Part shown: in pieces, positions 25,430-37,460 of the stretch
Numbering within the stretch: position 1 is the stretch's first letter
How the letters are laid out: every line of letters starts with the position of its first letter
Assembly: GCF_006345805.1 (NCBI RefSeq)
Contig: NC_043006.1
Span: 55,118,001-55,182,000, forward strand
Direction of reading: 5' to 3'
From: Octopus sinensis
Lineage: Eukaryota
DNA: 64,000 bases
Notes under the pieces: model-generated
What the model was told of the DNA's origin: nothing
The model's database searches: none
The model's input: the letters and a program-made list of their open reading frames with translations, nothing else
Translations under genes and position numbers: made by a program

Positions 25430-26105
25430 GACAAAAGAGAGCAGCTGGAGAGATGGGTGGAACATTATTCTGAACTCTACACCAAGGAAAAAAACAAAAA
25501 CATCTTGGACAGTGTGTTAGACACCTGTCATAGAGGAGCTGGACGCACTGCCAACTGTTGAAGAAATGAGCAGAGCCATAGAAAAACACAGAGCTTGGAT
25601 GGCATCCCACCAGAGATCATCAGATGTGCAAGGAGAGTTCTACTTAGCCACTTACAGAAGCTACTGTGTCAGTGCTGGAAGGAGGGATTAGTACTGCAAG
25701 ATATGAGAGATTGCAACATTGTCACCCTATATAAGAACAAAGGAGACAAAAGCGACTGCAATAACTACTGAGGCATCTTGCTGTTGAGCATCATTAGAGA
25801 AGTCTTTAGCCCTAAATAGGCTACAGAAAATCACTGAGAAGGTATACCCCAAATCTCAGTGTGGTTTCAGAGCATAACGCTCCACTATCAATATGCTCTT
25901 CTCTCTCTTACAGCTACAGGAAAAGTGCCAAGAGCAAAGACAACCACTCTTTATCACCTTCATCGACCTCATAAAGGCTTTTGACTTATTCAGTAGAGAC
26001 AGCCTGTTCAAAATCCTTGCCAAGATTGACTGTTCTCCAAGACTTCTCAGGATTGTTCAGTCATTTCACACAGACATGAAAGGCATCGTTCAATTTGGTG
26101 GTTCT
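25430..26105 (+). mobile_element. RTE/BovB-like LINE RT fragment (pseudogene)
   Basis: RWVEHYSELY, DGIPPEII, IVTLYKNKGDKSDCNNY*GI, SQCGFRA*RST and QLQEKCQEQRQPLFITFIDLIKAFD. Confidence 0.88.
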
Positions 26106-26299
26106 TTGGTGGTTTCGTTTAGTTTCTTTCCTTTCTCCCAGTATGCTTTTATGTATAATTATGACGCGAAACTCTGTAACCCTTTGCTTGACCTTTTCTT
26201 CCTTCCTGTCTGTCTCTCTCCTTATTTTTCCCCCTTTCTGGTTTCCTTTCCTCTCTATCTCTCTCTCTCTCTCTCACTCCTCCTCATCTCCCTCACGGC

Positions 26300-26880
26300 T
26301 GAGTCGACCTTACTTCCTGTTCACTCCAGCCTGCTACAAGTCAAGACGACTTATTTCCTGCGCTCTGAATTTTTTCCTCGTCTAGGCTAAAAAAGGCCCT
26401 CAATGTTTGTTTTTTTGTCCTGTTTTTATTCTTTATGTGTACTGTATTTTTTTATATTTGTATTTTTATTTTGTATTCGTATTTTTATTTGTATTGCTTT
26501 TACATCCTGTTCTTGTCACATTTTTTTCTTTCCTTGTTTTTACCCCTCTGCAAGGAAATTTTATTTAATTCCCTCGCAGGAAGGACCGGTCCGACGAGCG
26601 TGTTCTGTCCTTACCTTCAAAACACGCATGGAGTCGAACCGGGGACAGCTGATGAAGGGGAATGTTACTTGTGTTGTTTGTCCTGTGTTCTGTTTTTTCG
26701 TTGTTAAAAAAAGTCTGTTCCCTTGTTTTTATGTTTTCGTTTCTCGTTGAGTTCTACGTTTATTTGTGGTGTCCTGTACTCACATATATATATATATTTA
26801 TATATGCATGTATATATACATGTAGATGTAGGTACGTACATATATGTATGTATGTATGCATATATTTTATTTATTTCATT
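26300..26880 (+). mobile_element. PLE-like pLTR repeat family (related copies at 41896-42120 and 49200-50050) with degenerate hammerhead cores
   Basis: Shared ..GTCCTGTAC(C/T)CATATAT..GCATGTATATATACA..GTAGGTACGTACAT end. Has a CCGACGA-GCGTGTT..AACACGC hairpin lacking GAAA, then a second CTGATGA. Confidence 0.5.
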
Positions 26881-27570
26881 ATATATATATATATATATAT
26901 ATATTGTGTGTGTGTATATATATTGTGTATGTATAAATGGATATGTATGTACATTTGTGTATATATGGATATGTATGTATCTGTATATATGGATGGATGT
27001 ATGCATATGTATATACATGCAAAGGTATAAAGGTTAAGAGGCATGTAAGTTTGTTAGTATGTGTATGTGTGTATATATTAATAGTGCACACCTGTGAAAA
27101 CTGAATAGGTGACCTCAAATCAATAGGCACCACACAGGTAAGAACACAACAATATTGACCACTATAAAATATTCCATTTCTTTATTCTTGAAGGACGTAG
27201 TTCTCCTCCCACTGTTCTCAATTACTAATAGTTTTATCTTTATTGTTATCTTTACTTTTATTTATATTCATATATTCATTTTCATTTTTTTCTTGATTTC
27301 ATTTACTTTTTTTCCTATTCTTTCACCTTCTTTCTTCCTTGCTGCTGCTGCTGTTGTTGTTGTTAAGCAGCAAGACGAGTAAGGGTGATTAGGTGATGGA
27401 CTAGGGCTTAGGGGTGGGAGACCCCAGACCTTGAGAGGAAAAAAAAACTTTGGTCGTCTTGTTGTAGTCGAAGGCTCTTCGTTGACGCCTGGCACCACTC
27501 GGTGATGGCCCTCAAAGTTGCTGGAAATGGAGATCTCCAGGTCCAAATTCTTGAATGGCTGCTGTGTTTT

Positions 27571-28010
27571 CTTCTTCTTCTTCTTCTTCTTCTTCTTCTT
27601 CTTCTTCTTCTTCTTCTTCTTCTTCTTCTTCTTCTTCTTCTTCTTCTTCTTTTCTTCTTCTTCTTCTTCTTCTTCTTCTTCTCTTCTTCTTCTTCTTCTT
27701 CTTCCTTCTTCTTCTTCTTCTTCTTCTTCTTCTTCTTCTTCTTCTTCTTCTTCTCTTCTTCTCTTCTCTTCTTCTTCTTCTTCTTCTTCTTTTCTTCTTC
27801 TTCTTCTTCTTCTTCTTCTTCTTCTTTTCTTTTTTCTTCTTCTTTTTCTTCTTCTTCTTCTTCTTCTTCTTCTTCTTCTCTTCTTCTTCTTCTCTTCTTC
27901 TTCTTCTTCTTCTTCTTCTTCTCTCTTCTTCTTCTTCTTCTTCTTCTTCTTCTTCTTCTTCTTCTTCTTCTTCTCTTCTTCTTCTTCTTCTTCTTCTTCT
28001 TCTCTCTTCT
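27571..28010. repeat. ~440-bp (CTT)n/(GAA)n polypyrimidine-polypurine tract
   Basis: Directly visible; explains the low-complexity ORFs at 27408-28141. Confidence 0.97.
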
Positions 28011-28427
28011 CACATGCTTTTATATATGTTTTTAAAATATTTCCCCACCTTTTTTTGTGTATATATATATATTTTTATGTATGTATACTTGTAAGAAAAA
28101 ATCTTTTGCATTTTAAGCAACTAGTAAAACATACAGTTTGAAAATGGCTACTTGAAGCTCAAAACTCATATATCAGAGTAATTCACTGTAAAGATTATTA
28201 TTAAGATTTAAATAAAAATTATCACCCACCAAAAAGCCATTTCTACTCATTTTTTCACATATATACAATACTGCAGCAAGAACTTTCTTCTTATTATTCT
28301 GCTATTTATATATATATATATATATACACACATGCACACAAATTAAATTAGAAGTTAAATTAGCCTCGTTAAGGGATGGTATCATCCAATGAATTACTGG
28401 TTCAATACCTAATATCTGTTGTGAATA

Positions 28428-28611
28428 ATCATCATCATCGTTTAACGTCTGCTTTCCATGCTAGCATGGGCTGGACGATTTGACTGAGGACTGGCGAACC
28501 GGATGGCTGCACCAGGCTCCAATCTTGATCTGGCAGAGTTTCTACAGCTGGATGCCCTTCCTAACGCCAACCACTCCAAGAGTGTAGTGGGTGCTTTTAC
28601 GTGCTACTGGC
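28428..28611 (-). mobile_element. RTE 3'-tail fragment
   Basis: ATCATCATCGTTTAACGTCTGCTTTCCATGCTAGCATGGG..CAGCTGGATGCCCTTCCTAACGCCAACCACTCC is the reverse complement of 25160-25343. Confidence 0.85.
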
Positions 28612-28700
28612 AATATTCATAATATTCATAAAAGTTTGCTGTGATGATTCTAAAATACAACACATAAAAACCTAACACTATATCTTTTTTCTATATATAT

Positions 28701-28733
<33 letters not shown>

Positions 28734-28807
28734 GAAGTGGCTTCTGCTATGACCGCTGGCTGACCAAAGTCTTGTGAGTGGATTTGGTAGACGGAAACTG
28801 AAAGAAG

Positions 28808-29085
28808 CCCCGGACCAGGCTGCGTGTTGTGTTCTTGAGCAAGACACTTTATTTCACGTTGCTCCAGTTCACTCAGCTGTAGAAATGAGTTGCGACGTCA
28901 CAGGTGCCAAGCTGTATCGGCCCCTTTGCCTTTCCCTTGGACAACATCGGTGACGTGGAGAGGGGAGGCCGGTATGCATGGGCGACTGCTGGTCTTCCAT
29001 AAAATAACCTTGCCCAGACTTGTGCCTCAGAGGGTAACTCTCTAGGTGCAAACCCATGGTCAGTGTCTGACTGAAGGGGGTCACC
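28808..29085 (+). mobile_element. SINE (5'-truncated; family of 41550-41880)
   Basis: TTGTGTTCTTGAGCAAGACACTTTATTTCACGTTGCTCCAGTTCACTCAGCTGTAGAAATGAG is near-identical to the reverse complement of the 41.6-kb copy. Confidence 0.85.
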
Positions 29086-30218
29086 ACCATATATATATCA
29101 TTATCATCATCATATATATATACACACACACACAAATTCAATTTGAAGTTAAATTAGCCTCATTAAGGGATGGTATCATCCAGTGAATTACTGGTTCAAT
29201 AACTAATATTTGTTTGCTGTGTTGATTCTAAAATACGACACATAAAAACCTAACAATATATCTTTTTTTCTCGCCCTCTGAAAAGATTTTGCCTAATATA
29301 ATAGTTTTAATAATTGCTATTTAATCTTTTTAGGTTTAATTGAAACAGCTGTAAGGGACTGTTTGAATTTTGCAGATAATAAATATTTATAAATACTATA
29401 TCTCCATTTTCTTATATTCTACACACACGCATGCGCGTCCTGTTGTTTATATATAAGGAACTGTATTTATTATTCAGTATAAGCTTCATTTTTACGATTG
29501 GTAGAGTGTAATTTGTGAGAAATTTTGGTAGCTGTTTTTAGCAGGTTGTACAACCATGTATCAATTAGATGCTTGTGAAACAAAACTGTCTGCCAATGAA
29601 TTATTCTTGCTCACCCATTATTTCATGTCTTCAGAGTATGCTGCTGAACTAAGCAACCCAGCTCATTACTTTAGCAAAGTGGTTCCCTGTAGAGGTACAG
29701 TGAGTTTTTGGTACCTTGTGTCCAGGAGGACCCAAGCAGAAGTGTTACGGCTGCTTCCCACTGGTGGAGCAGACTGGCCTGCAAGTGTCCTGTGCTGGTG
29801 CCACATAACAGTGCATGTGTGGTGCCACGTTAAAGATACCCAACACACATTATAAAGTGGTTGGCTTTAGGTAGGGCATCCAGTTATAGAAAGCATGTCA
29901 AATCAGACTGGAACCTGATGCAACTCTCCTATTTGCCAACTCTGGTCAAACCAGCATGGAAAACGGATGTTAACTGATGATGAGGGGTGCTGATTAGAAG
30001 GTGATAATTTACAAAAAATTTTTTTATTTATTTGCATATCAATGTTGATTCACCTATCTAATATATAATTACATTATGGAAGAGTCCTGATAGCCATTTT
30101 CTACATATTTACCATTGCATTTACTTTCATTTTATTTTTTAATCTAATTGGAATAGCATTAGTGACCAGTTTGCAGATGTACAGCAAGCAAAGTCAGTAA
30201 TGTGTGTGTGTGTGTATG

Positions 30219-30266
<48 letters not shown>

Positions 30267-30983
30267 ACTCTTTCATAATGCATTTGTTTCAGTTTCAACA
30301 TTTGCTCAGATCAAGTCACTTGCCAAACAAGTACAACTCTGAAATGTTTGTGTTTGTGTGTGAAACTTATGACTATAATTACATTTACATACATACATGA
30401 CCTATACTGTATTGCTATTCACAGTTTTGTTTACATTCTCAGTAAATAGTTTTACATTTGGTAAACAGAGAAACGGTGATCCCTGATGAATCAATTCAAT
30501 CCCAAATCTAAGCTGCTGAATCCCTTGTGGTTTATCCATGGAATCTAAATTCACAGCAGGACTAATATGTATATATATATATATATGTATGTTAATGCCC
30601 ACCTTTACACATACCAACAGGGTGGTGTGGTTAGCAGAACTATCAGAGTACTTTTTCAGTATTAATTTTCTCCACCCAGGTCTGTGTTCAATTCTCATAA
30701 AGATTGACTTTGCTTTTCATTTCTCTGGCATGACAACTCTGCATTGGGACATCTGTGATTGCCAAGTGTGGCTGGCTTCAGTTTTTATTATTGCTAATTG
30801 ATAGGGTGGAGTCAAATCAAACTATCCCAGGGGAACCTCCACAAAAGTACAAGTATCTAATAAATAAGTTTCGCTTATTAAAATTAAAGATTCCTTTTTG
30901 TTTTTGCAGTTTTATTGGAAGTCTTTTTTTTCTTTTATTTATCTTATGTAAATATGACTTTTGTGGAGTAAAATACGTTGATA

Positions 30984-31218
30984 AGGTGGTGAGCTTGCAG
31001 AATCGTTAGTGCACTGGGCAAAATGCTTAACAGCATTTTGTCCTTTTTCATGTTTTGAGTTCAAATTACACTGTGGTCGATTTTGCCTCTCATCCTTTTG
31101 GGGAGTGGGGTGTCGATGAAATGAGTACCAGTTGAGCACTGGGGGTGGGTGGGGGTGAAGTAATCAACTCCTCCCCCGTCCGAAATTGCTGGCCTTGTGC
31201 CAAAATTTGAAACCAATA
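30984..31218 (+). mobile_element. tRNA-derived SINE with Nin-like central domain
   Basis: GGTGGTGAGCTTGCAGAATCGTTAG head, GAGTTCAAAT box B, and GTCGATTTTGCCTCTCATCCTTT..GTCGATGAAATGAGTACCAGTTGAGCACTGGGG. Confidence 0.7.
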
Positions 31219-31767
31219 TATGAGATTTGTTTGGCTGAACTGATGATACCTCTCACTGGTACTTCATTCAGCAGGAAACAAAACAAAATAACAGAAAAAG
31301 GCATTGATTTTTACCTTTGAGGCCTGCCTACACTTAAAGATGAGTGGCAAGTGGAATTAACCAACATTATTGCAATGAATATAGCATAAATAATTCCAAA
31401 GACTTAGTCTTCAACAATACAACAGTGCTTTCTAATGAGCCAAACATTTTGGATGGAGTTATGTTGCATAAATTAGTATTCCCTTGTTATTTATTAACTG
31501 GCATTGCAATGGTGAAAAGCAGTGTTAATTCCTACAGGATGTGAACTCAGAAATGTAAAGAGTTATAACTAAATACTGCAGCATTCTATTCTTTCTACCA
31601 CTTACCGTCCTTATTTCTAACACATCACATGGAATAATTTTTTGGAGGGCGACCATACTTGATTAATTTGTTCGAGGTAGTTGATTGATACTGCAAGCAT
31701 GTTCTAAGTTCAAATCCTGCTGAGATCAACAAAACCTTTCATGAAATAAGTACTAGTCAAATACTAA

Positions 31768-32050
31768 CATCATCATCATCATCATCATCATTTAGCGTCC
31801 GTTTTCCATGCTAGCATGGGTTGGACGGTTCTACTGGGGTCTGTGAAGCCAGAAGGCTTCATCAGGCCCAGTCAAATCTGGCAGTGTTTCTACGGCTGGA
31901 TGCCCTTCCTAACGCCAACCACTCCGTGAGTGTAGTGGGTGCTTTTTACGTGCCACCCGCACTGGTGCCAGACAGAGCTGGCAAACGGCCACGAACGGAT
32001 GGTGCTTTTTATGTGCCACCGGCACGAGGGCCAGGCGAGGCTGGCAACGG
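31768..32050 (-). mobile_element. RTE 3'-tail fragment
   Basis: (CAT)n, then TTAGCGTCCGTTTTCCATGCTAGCATGGG and GGTGCTTTTTACGTGCCAC units. Confidence 0.85.
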
Positions 32051-32266
32051 ACCTATTTATTAAATCAACTGTACCTCTCTCCTTAAAAAATTTGGCTGTA
32101 TACTTATGTGAGAAATCATTATATAATAACCATCACCCTTAGTGGATCAGGTATGGTCATGGGGTTTAAATTTAATTCTTGTACGATGTTGTGTTAATAT
32201 CAAGAATCATTACTAGCATGTTTTTTTAAAAAATTTTATTTACAATTTTCTTTCTTTTTTTTTCAG

Positions 32267-32316
32267 ATTTGACTGAGAAAGATGCCTATCAGTTGTTGCA
32301 TACTTGTCTTGATGAA
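32267..32316 (+). CDS. PSMB2: Proteasome subunit beta type-2, penultimate exon (DLTEKDAYQLLHTCLDE)
   Basis: Long polypyrimidine tract + ttcag| and donor |gtaagt; 50 bp; phases 1/0 fit. Aligns to PSMB2 TISRERAVELLRKCLEE. Confidence 0.93.
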
Positions 32317-32866
32317 GTAAGTATTTGATTATCGTATACTCCCAGGGAATGTGTAACCATCTCCACTCTATGCTAGTATCCTGGGCTCGTAAATAAATGG
32401 ATAGAATGGTAGACTGTGAAACTTAGGTGTGCCTTTTGCATAAAATAAAACAAAAACGTATAGTTAAATGTGGTGGGAATGCAAATGAATATCCCAAACT
32501 ATTACATTGATGTGCAGAGGTGTGAGCAGTAAAGGCAAGGGAGACAACTTCCAAAACCAAGTTAATTCACCGTACTTACGGAAGATACCACTGTTTTTTT
32601 TAATGCGATTTTAAAATTAAATCTAATGATTTTTCGCTTTACTATGGATGTAATTTTAATTAATTAAACATTTTGCTTGCTGCATTTGTTTATGTCAGTC
32701 TCACCAGCTTTAGTCATTTTGATATCCACCTGTTTGTGACTAGCCTAGATTCCATGTAACCAACCCATCTGTAAACCAGCTGAGATTCCATGCGTTCCCT
32801 TATTCAGTACCTCATCCTACAACAGTCTTAATTCTTATTGCTCATAGGTTACATGTTTGTCTAGAT

Positions 32867-33120
32867 CAGTGGTCCTCAGTCAGAATTCATGACCCTTGGA
32901 GGTCCATTTAAGATTTTGCAGTCAAAATTTATGTGCAATAAATTGGTTCTATTTCTATAATTCACTAAATATTTTAATAATTATTTTTACACAATACCTG
33001 ATAATTTTTAATTATAAAAATATAATAGGATTTTTTAAAACATTGAACTGGTATGAGGGTCCTGTAGACTGAAATAGGAATCAAAGGGGTCCATAGGCAA
33101 AAGATGGTTGAGAACTACTT
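32867..33120. mobile_element. hAT-Charlie-type MITE
   Basis: Ends CAGTGGTCCTCA / TTGAGAACTACTT; 8-bp TSD GTCTAGAT/ATCTAGAT. Confidence 0.75.
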
Positions 33121-33529
33121 ATCTAGATGCTAGTAATACTGTTAAATATAAGGATTGGCTCCATTGTAGTTCATAGCAGTGCCCTTTTATGGTAGGGAAA
33201 TTTACTGAGAGATATTTTTGTATCCCATCTAATATCATGCTTAAGTTATTAGGGGAATCATAATAGCAGTGAAATGAAGGTTGCCTCTGTACTAGTCCCT
33301 AGGGGTAGCCGGAAAGTATTGATGTCTTCATGGGACCTGCTTGGGATTTTTAGCCTTACTTGGAATGTCTGCTCAATCAAGGTTGACCTTGATTGAGGTT
33401 AAACAGCAACATATAAATAATCTTTTAGTATTTTACTAAACTGTTCCAAATTGTTAATTACTGTTAATTCTTAATGCCAAAGTGTTAATTACCACTTCTC
33501 TCCGGGCTCTACCTCACCGCCTTCCCACA

Positions 33530-33664
33530 AGTTGCTTCCAAATCTTCTGATCTCAGGTTCAGTCCCACTGTGGCAACTTGGGTAAGTGTCATCTACTATA
33601 GCCCCAGGACGATCAAAGCCTTGTGACTGAATTTGGTAGATGGAAACTGAAAGAAGCTTGTTGC

Positions 33665-33716
<52 letters not shown>

Positions 33717-33925
33717 TTTGTAGCCTTGTCATGACATCATGTCATGGTTGGGTACAGTTATCACCATCATAGAAGCAATGTTGTTCGTTTCAGTTTTCTG
33801 CTTAAAACATGACTGACCATAGGAAATATTACCTTGGTTGGTAACAAGGAGATTATCCAGATATAGAAAATCTACCTTAATAAATTCCATCTAATCCATG
33901 CAAGCATGGAAAAATGTAAATTGAA
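33530..33925 (+). mobile_element. Degenerate tRNA-derived SINE with RTE-like tail
   Basis: GGTTCAGTCCCACTG, AAAGCCTTGTGACTGAATTTGGTAGATGGAAACTGAAAGAAGC, (TG)n, and ..CCATGCAAGCATGGAAAAATG. Confidence 0.65.
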
Positions 33926-34029
33926 TGATATGAATAATATTAATACAGCTTTTCTACTTAGTTTCTTTCTATGTTTTTGATTTACTTGCTATTTCTAACA
34001 ATATTTTCTCATTATTCTTTATTTTCCAG

Positions 34030-34137
34030 TTACAAAAGAGATTTGTAATCAACCTGCCTTCATTCCATGTTAGAGTTATTGACAAGAATGGTATCCGGGA
34101 GCTACCGACAATTCACTCAAATATAATAGATAATTGA
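34030..34137 (+). CDS. PSMB2: Proteasome subunit beta type-2, terminal coding exon ([35 protein letters not shown])
   Basis: Acceptor attttccag|; matches PSMB2 [22 protein letters not shown]; TGA at 34135-34137. Confidence 0.96.
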   Translation, partial: LQKRFVINLPSFHVRVIDKNGIRELPTIHSNIIDN

Positions 34138-34187
34138 TTCTCATAGTTGTATTTTCTATTTCTTTCATTTTCCACACGTCCACTGAG

Positions 34188-34213
34188 AATAAACAATTGT
34201 TCATAAAAATAAA
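34188..34213 (+). promoter_or_regulatory. Candidate PSMB2 polyadenylation signals (AATAAA at 34188 and 34208)
   Basis: Two AATAAA hexamers 50-75 nt after the stop codon. Confidence 0.6.
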
Positions 34214-35667
34214 AGTATTTTATTCAATAATTGGTTCAAGTTGCAATCATACTATGCATTTAGGCAAAAATACACTAACCACTTTGATACAAAGCTTATT
34301 GATGTTTCTATTATCAAAACTTTTAAAAAGTATTATATAAAATTCAATAAAAAGATATCTGTATGTCAGTATTCATTTTTGAAGAAATTGACTTTTGTTT
34401 AATTATTTCTAGCTTGAAACAGGCAGACTGATAAATCTGTTCAGTCTTATAATGGTTAAATGCTAGTGTAAATTTTCTAAACTCTATATTAAGCATTAAG
34501 GATTTTGCGTTAACAAAAAACTTATAAATATACTTAAACATTATTGATTCTTGACATTATGGAGGGTATCCAGCTGTAGAACCCATGCCAAAGCAAACAT
34601 TGTAGCTGAGCACAGTCTTTTACTTGCCAGTTCCTGTCAAACTGTCCAATCCAGGACATCAGGGAAAATGTACATTATACAATGTGATGATGATGATAAT
34701 TTGCTTTTGTTTTTTTTTTAATTTTGTATTCAATACTTTGCTGAGAACATAGGTATGCCTCACCTAAAGAAATGTGCAATACATAGTATGTTTGTACTTT
34801 GGCTGTCATCTGTAGATTTCAGTATATATTTTGAGTTTTTATTGAAATCCTTGTTGATTATTGCTTAAAATTGGTTTTAAAAGGTTTAGAATATTAGAAT
34901 ATTCATTGTTAATAAATGTATTTCGGCCTTAATCCATCATACAAATGCTTGCAACCTGAACCCTGTATTTTTGTTTGTTATAATTTCAATTTTATTTGAA
35001 GTTTGACCAATTGCCATTGGACAGGTAGGAGAAATGGACCACTGGCTGAATCTGTTGGGTAGAGAAATGAAACTAAAGAAAATGTTAGCTAAAGAACTGA
35101 CTGCACACCAGCAATATAGCCTTGTCTGTTCTATTATAGAAATGTGGTGATCATGTTTTGGGGAACTTAACAGGTCAAGTTTGAAGGAAGCAATTGAGTG
35201 CCACTGGTGACATTTTGTACCAAGTTATCTTGAAGAACTGAAACTGACTCTTGTATCAAGTCTGTCATGAATTGGAGCTTATTGATAGCAACATGTATTA
35301 ATTTAAGCTTCAAACACCAGCTTAGTAACGACAAAGTTATTTTAATAAATTCTTCATTATTTTTAGAATTATCTGAAACAAAAGGCAGTATATTTCAACA
35401 GAAATAAGGTCACAAAAGGATTAATTTGGGGAGTATAAAATAATTGATTAGAAATACTTGTATGATGAAGAAACAACATTAGCTCAGTGAGCAACCTCCT
35501 CCTTCTTCCATTAGTTAGATTGACCTCAAGCCATCTGTATTCTTATTTGGAGTTACTGCCCTTCTAGGCAGGAAGATTATATGTAGTTTATGAGTTTATG
35601 GAGTTGATGTCTTATGCATACATTCCATTTTGGCATGGTTCTTATAGCTGGATGTCCTTGCTATAAC

Positions 35668-37400
35668 CAGTGGTGGGCACAGTTCTGCTAATAGCTAATT
35701 AGCGAAGCTAACTTTTCCTTTAGCAGATTATCATTTGTGCTATCTTTGGAAACTGTTTGCTGACCAATTAGCTTCTGCTAAATTTAGTTCTGCTAATTTT
35801 AAATCTGCTGACAAAATTCATATGTTTGTTCCTGTCTGTTGTCGGTGTGTCTCGAAGAGTCTGTTAGGCATGCTATTGGCTGACTGTGTGTACATGTGAC
35901 AAGATGTAATTGGTCGATGCAGCAGCAGCTAGCTGAGTAGCATTGTGTAATTCTGCAGTTTTGAGTTGTGTTCACTCAGCGTTTTTCACATTACAGATAG
36001 TCTTACTGTATCAGCAACAGCAATGTATGTTATTAACTTATCAAGTTATCACTTATTGTTATGGAAGGTGAAGACGTTTTGGTCCAGCATGGGGATAATG
36101 GCACACTGGCTTGACTCCAAGACCTGCACGAGACAACAGGCCTTTTTGGTTCAGAAGACATCATACCTTTGATGTTCTTGGCCAGGCCATGGTGGATACC
36201 CATGTTCCATCTGCAAGACAAGGTGACCAGGACCATGATGGACAATAGCAAAAACTTTGTTAAGGCATTTATGCAGTTTGGTACAAAAGCTGAACACTTG
36301 CCAAACATTCCTGAGGCTATTGCTGATCTGGATGTGGATCCTGAGGCTGAGGAGTGGATAAAGTTGAGTATGTCTCTGTTGATGTCATCCTTGATGAGTC
36401 CTGTGGTCTGGGTCTAAACCTGCCAGTGCACATGAAGTGTACAGCCCATACCTTCAACTTGGTAGCCAGCATGGATGGTGACAAGGGTCTTGACAGAGTT
36501 TTGTTCAAGTTGGCCTACAGGAGGGCTATGTCCAAGGCACAGCAGCTGTGGAATCTGCAGAGCCACAGCACAATGATGTCAGACAGCATTCAGGACACGT
36601 TGAAGAGGAGGTTGGTAGTCCCCAATAGTACCAGATGAAACTCTACTTATGGATCTGTTATTGTCCTCAACAACCTGCTGGAGAAGAATAGGAGAACTGT
36701 CCACATGGTGATGACACAGCTGAAGTGATGTCTAATGTTGCTAAGGCCTTGGATAAAATCCAGTGGGAGGACCAGGCTTATCTTGGGAGCCTCCTGCTAA
36801 CTGTAGTGGCTACTGTCATGAAGTTGAAGGACGCCAGGTTCAAACATCTCCTGTACTGCAGTTCTCTGCTAGATGCGATACTAGCAGGCATCACGAAAAG
36901 GTTTGGGCTCCTCCTAGAAGACAATGCTAGCTGGCTGCTGCCTTCCACTCCAAGTTTTACCTGTTCTGGCTGGAGCAGTATAATAACAGCCAGGTTAGCA
37001 GAGTAACAAACACCATGGAGACGTCGTAGAGACAGCCCTAATGGAGTCCAATAAGGAGGGCAGCAGCACCACCAGCAATGAGGATGAGGAAGATGATTTC
37101 TTCAGCAAAATCACTCGGTTCCAGGAGAGCAGGAGCTACAGGTCACTGAAATCCAAGGTGCAGAACTTGGTGATGACCTGGTTGGAAGCTGTCTTGAAGA
37201 AGGGCCTGACTAAAGTTGCCTTTTTGGTGAGCAGGTCTTGATCAACCTGTTCACCAAGTATAACACCACCATCCCATCCAATGCTGAAGTTGAGTGCCTA
37301 TTGTCTATAGGTAAAGATATTTTGAGGACAAAGAGAGCCACCCTCTCAGATAGTAACTTTGAGAGGCTGATGTTTTTGATGAGCAACCAGCATCAATTGT
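35668..37400 (+). mobile_element. Degenerate hAT (Ac/Tol2-like) transposon with transposase remnants
   Basis: Left end CAGTGGTGGGCA with GCTAA subterminal repeats. Remnants include HMKCTAHTFNLVAS, VVPNSTR*NS and LFTKYNTTIPSNAEVECLLSIGKDILRTKRATLSDSNFERLMFL (hATC domain). Confidence 0.85.
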
Positions 37401-37428
37401 AAAGTGGAAGTGAGGGGGGACATATACG

Positions 37429-37460
<32 letters not shown>

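Noticed and set aside
27408-28141. Long poly-K/R/E (protamine-like) and poly-L/F/S ORFs
   Set aside because: These are translations of the (CTT)n microsatellite, which has no stops in any frame.
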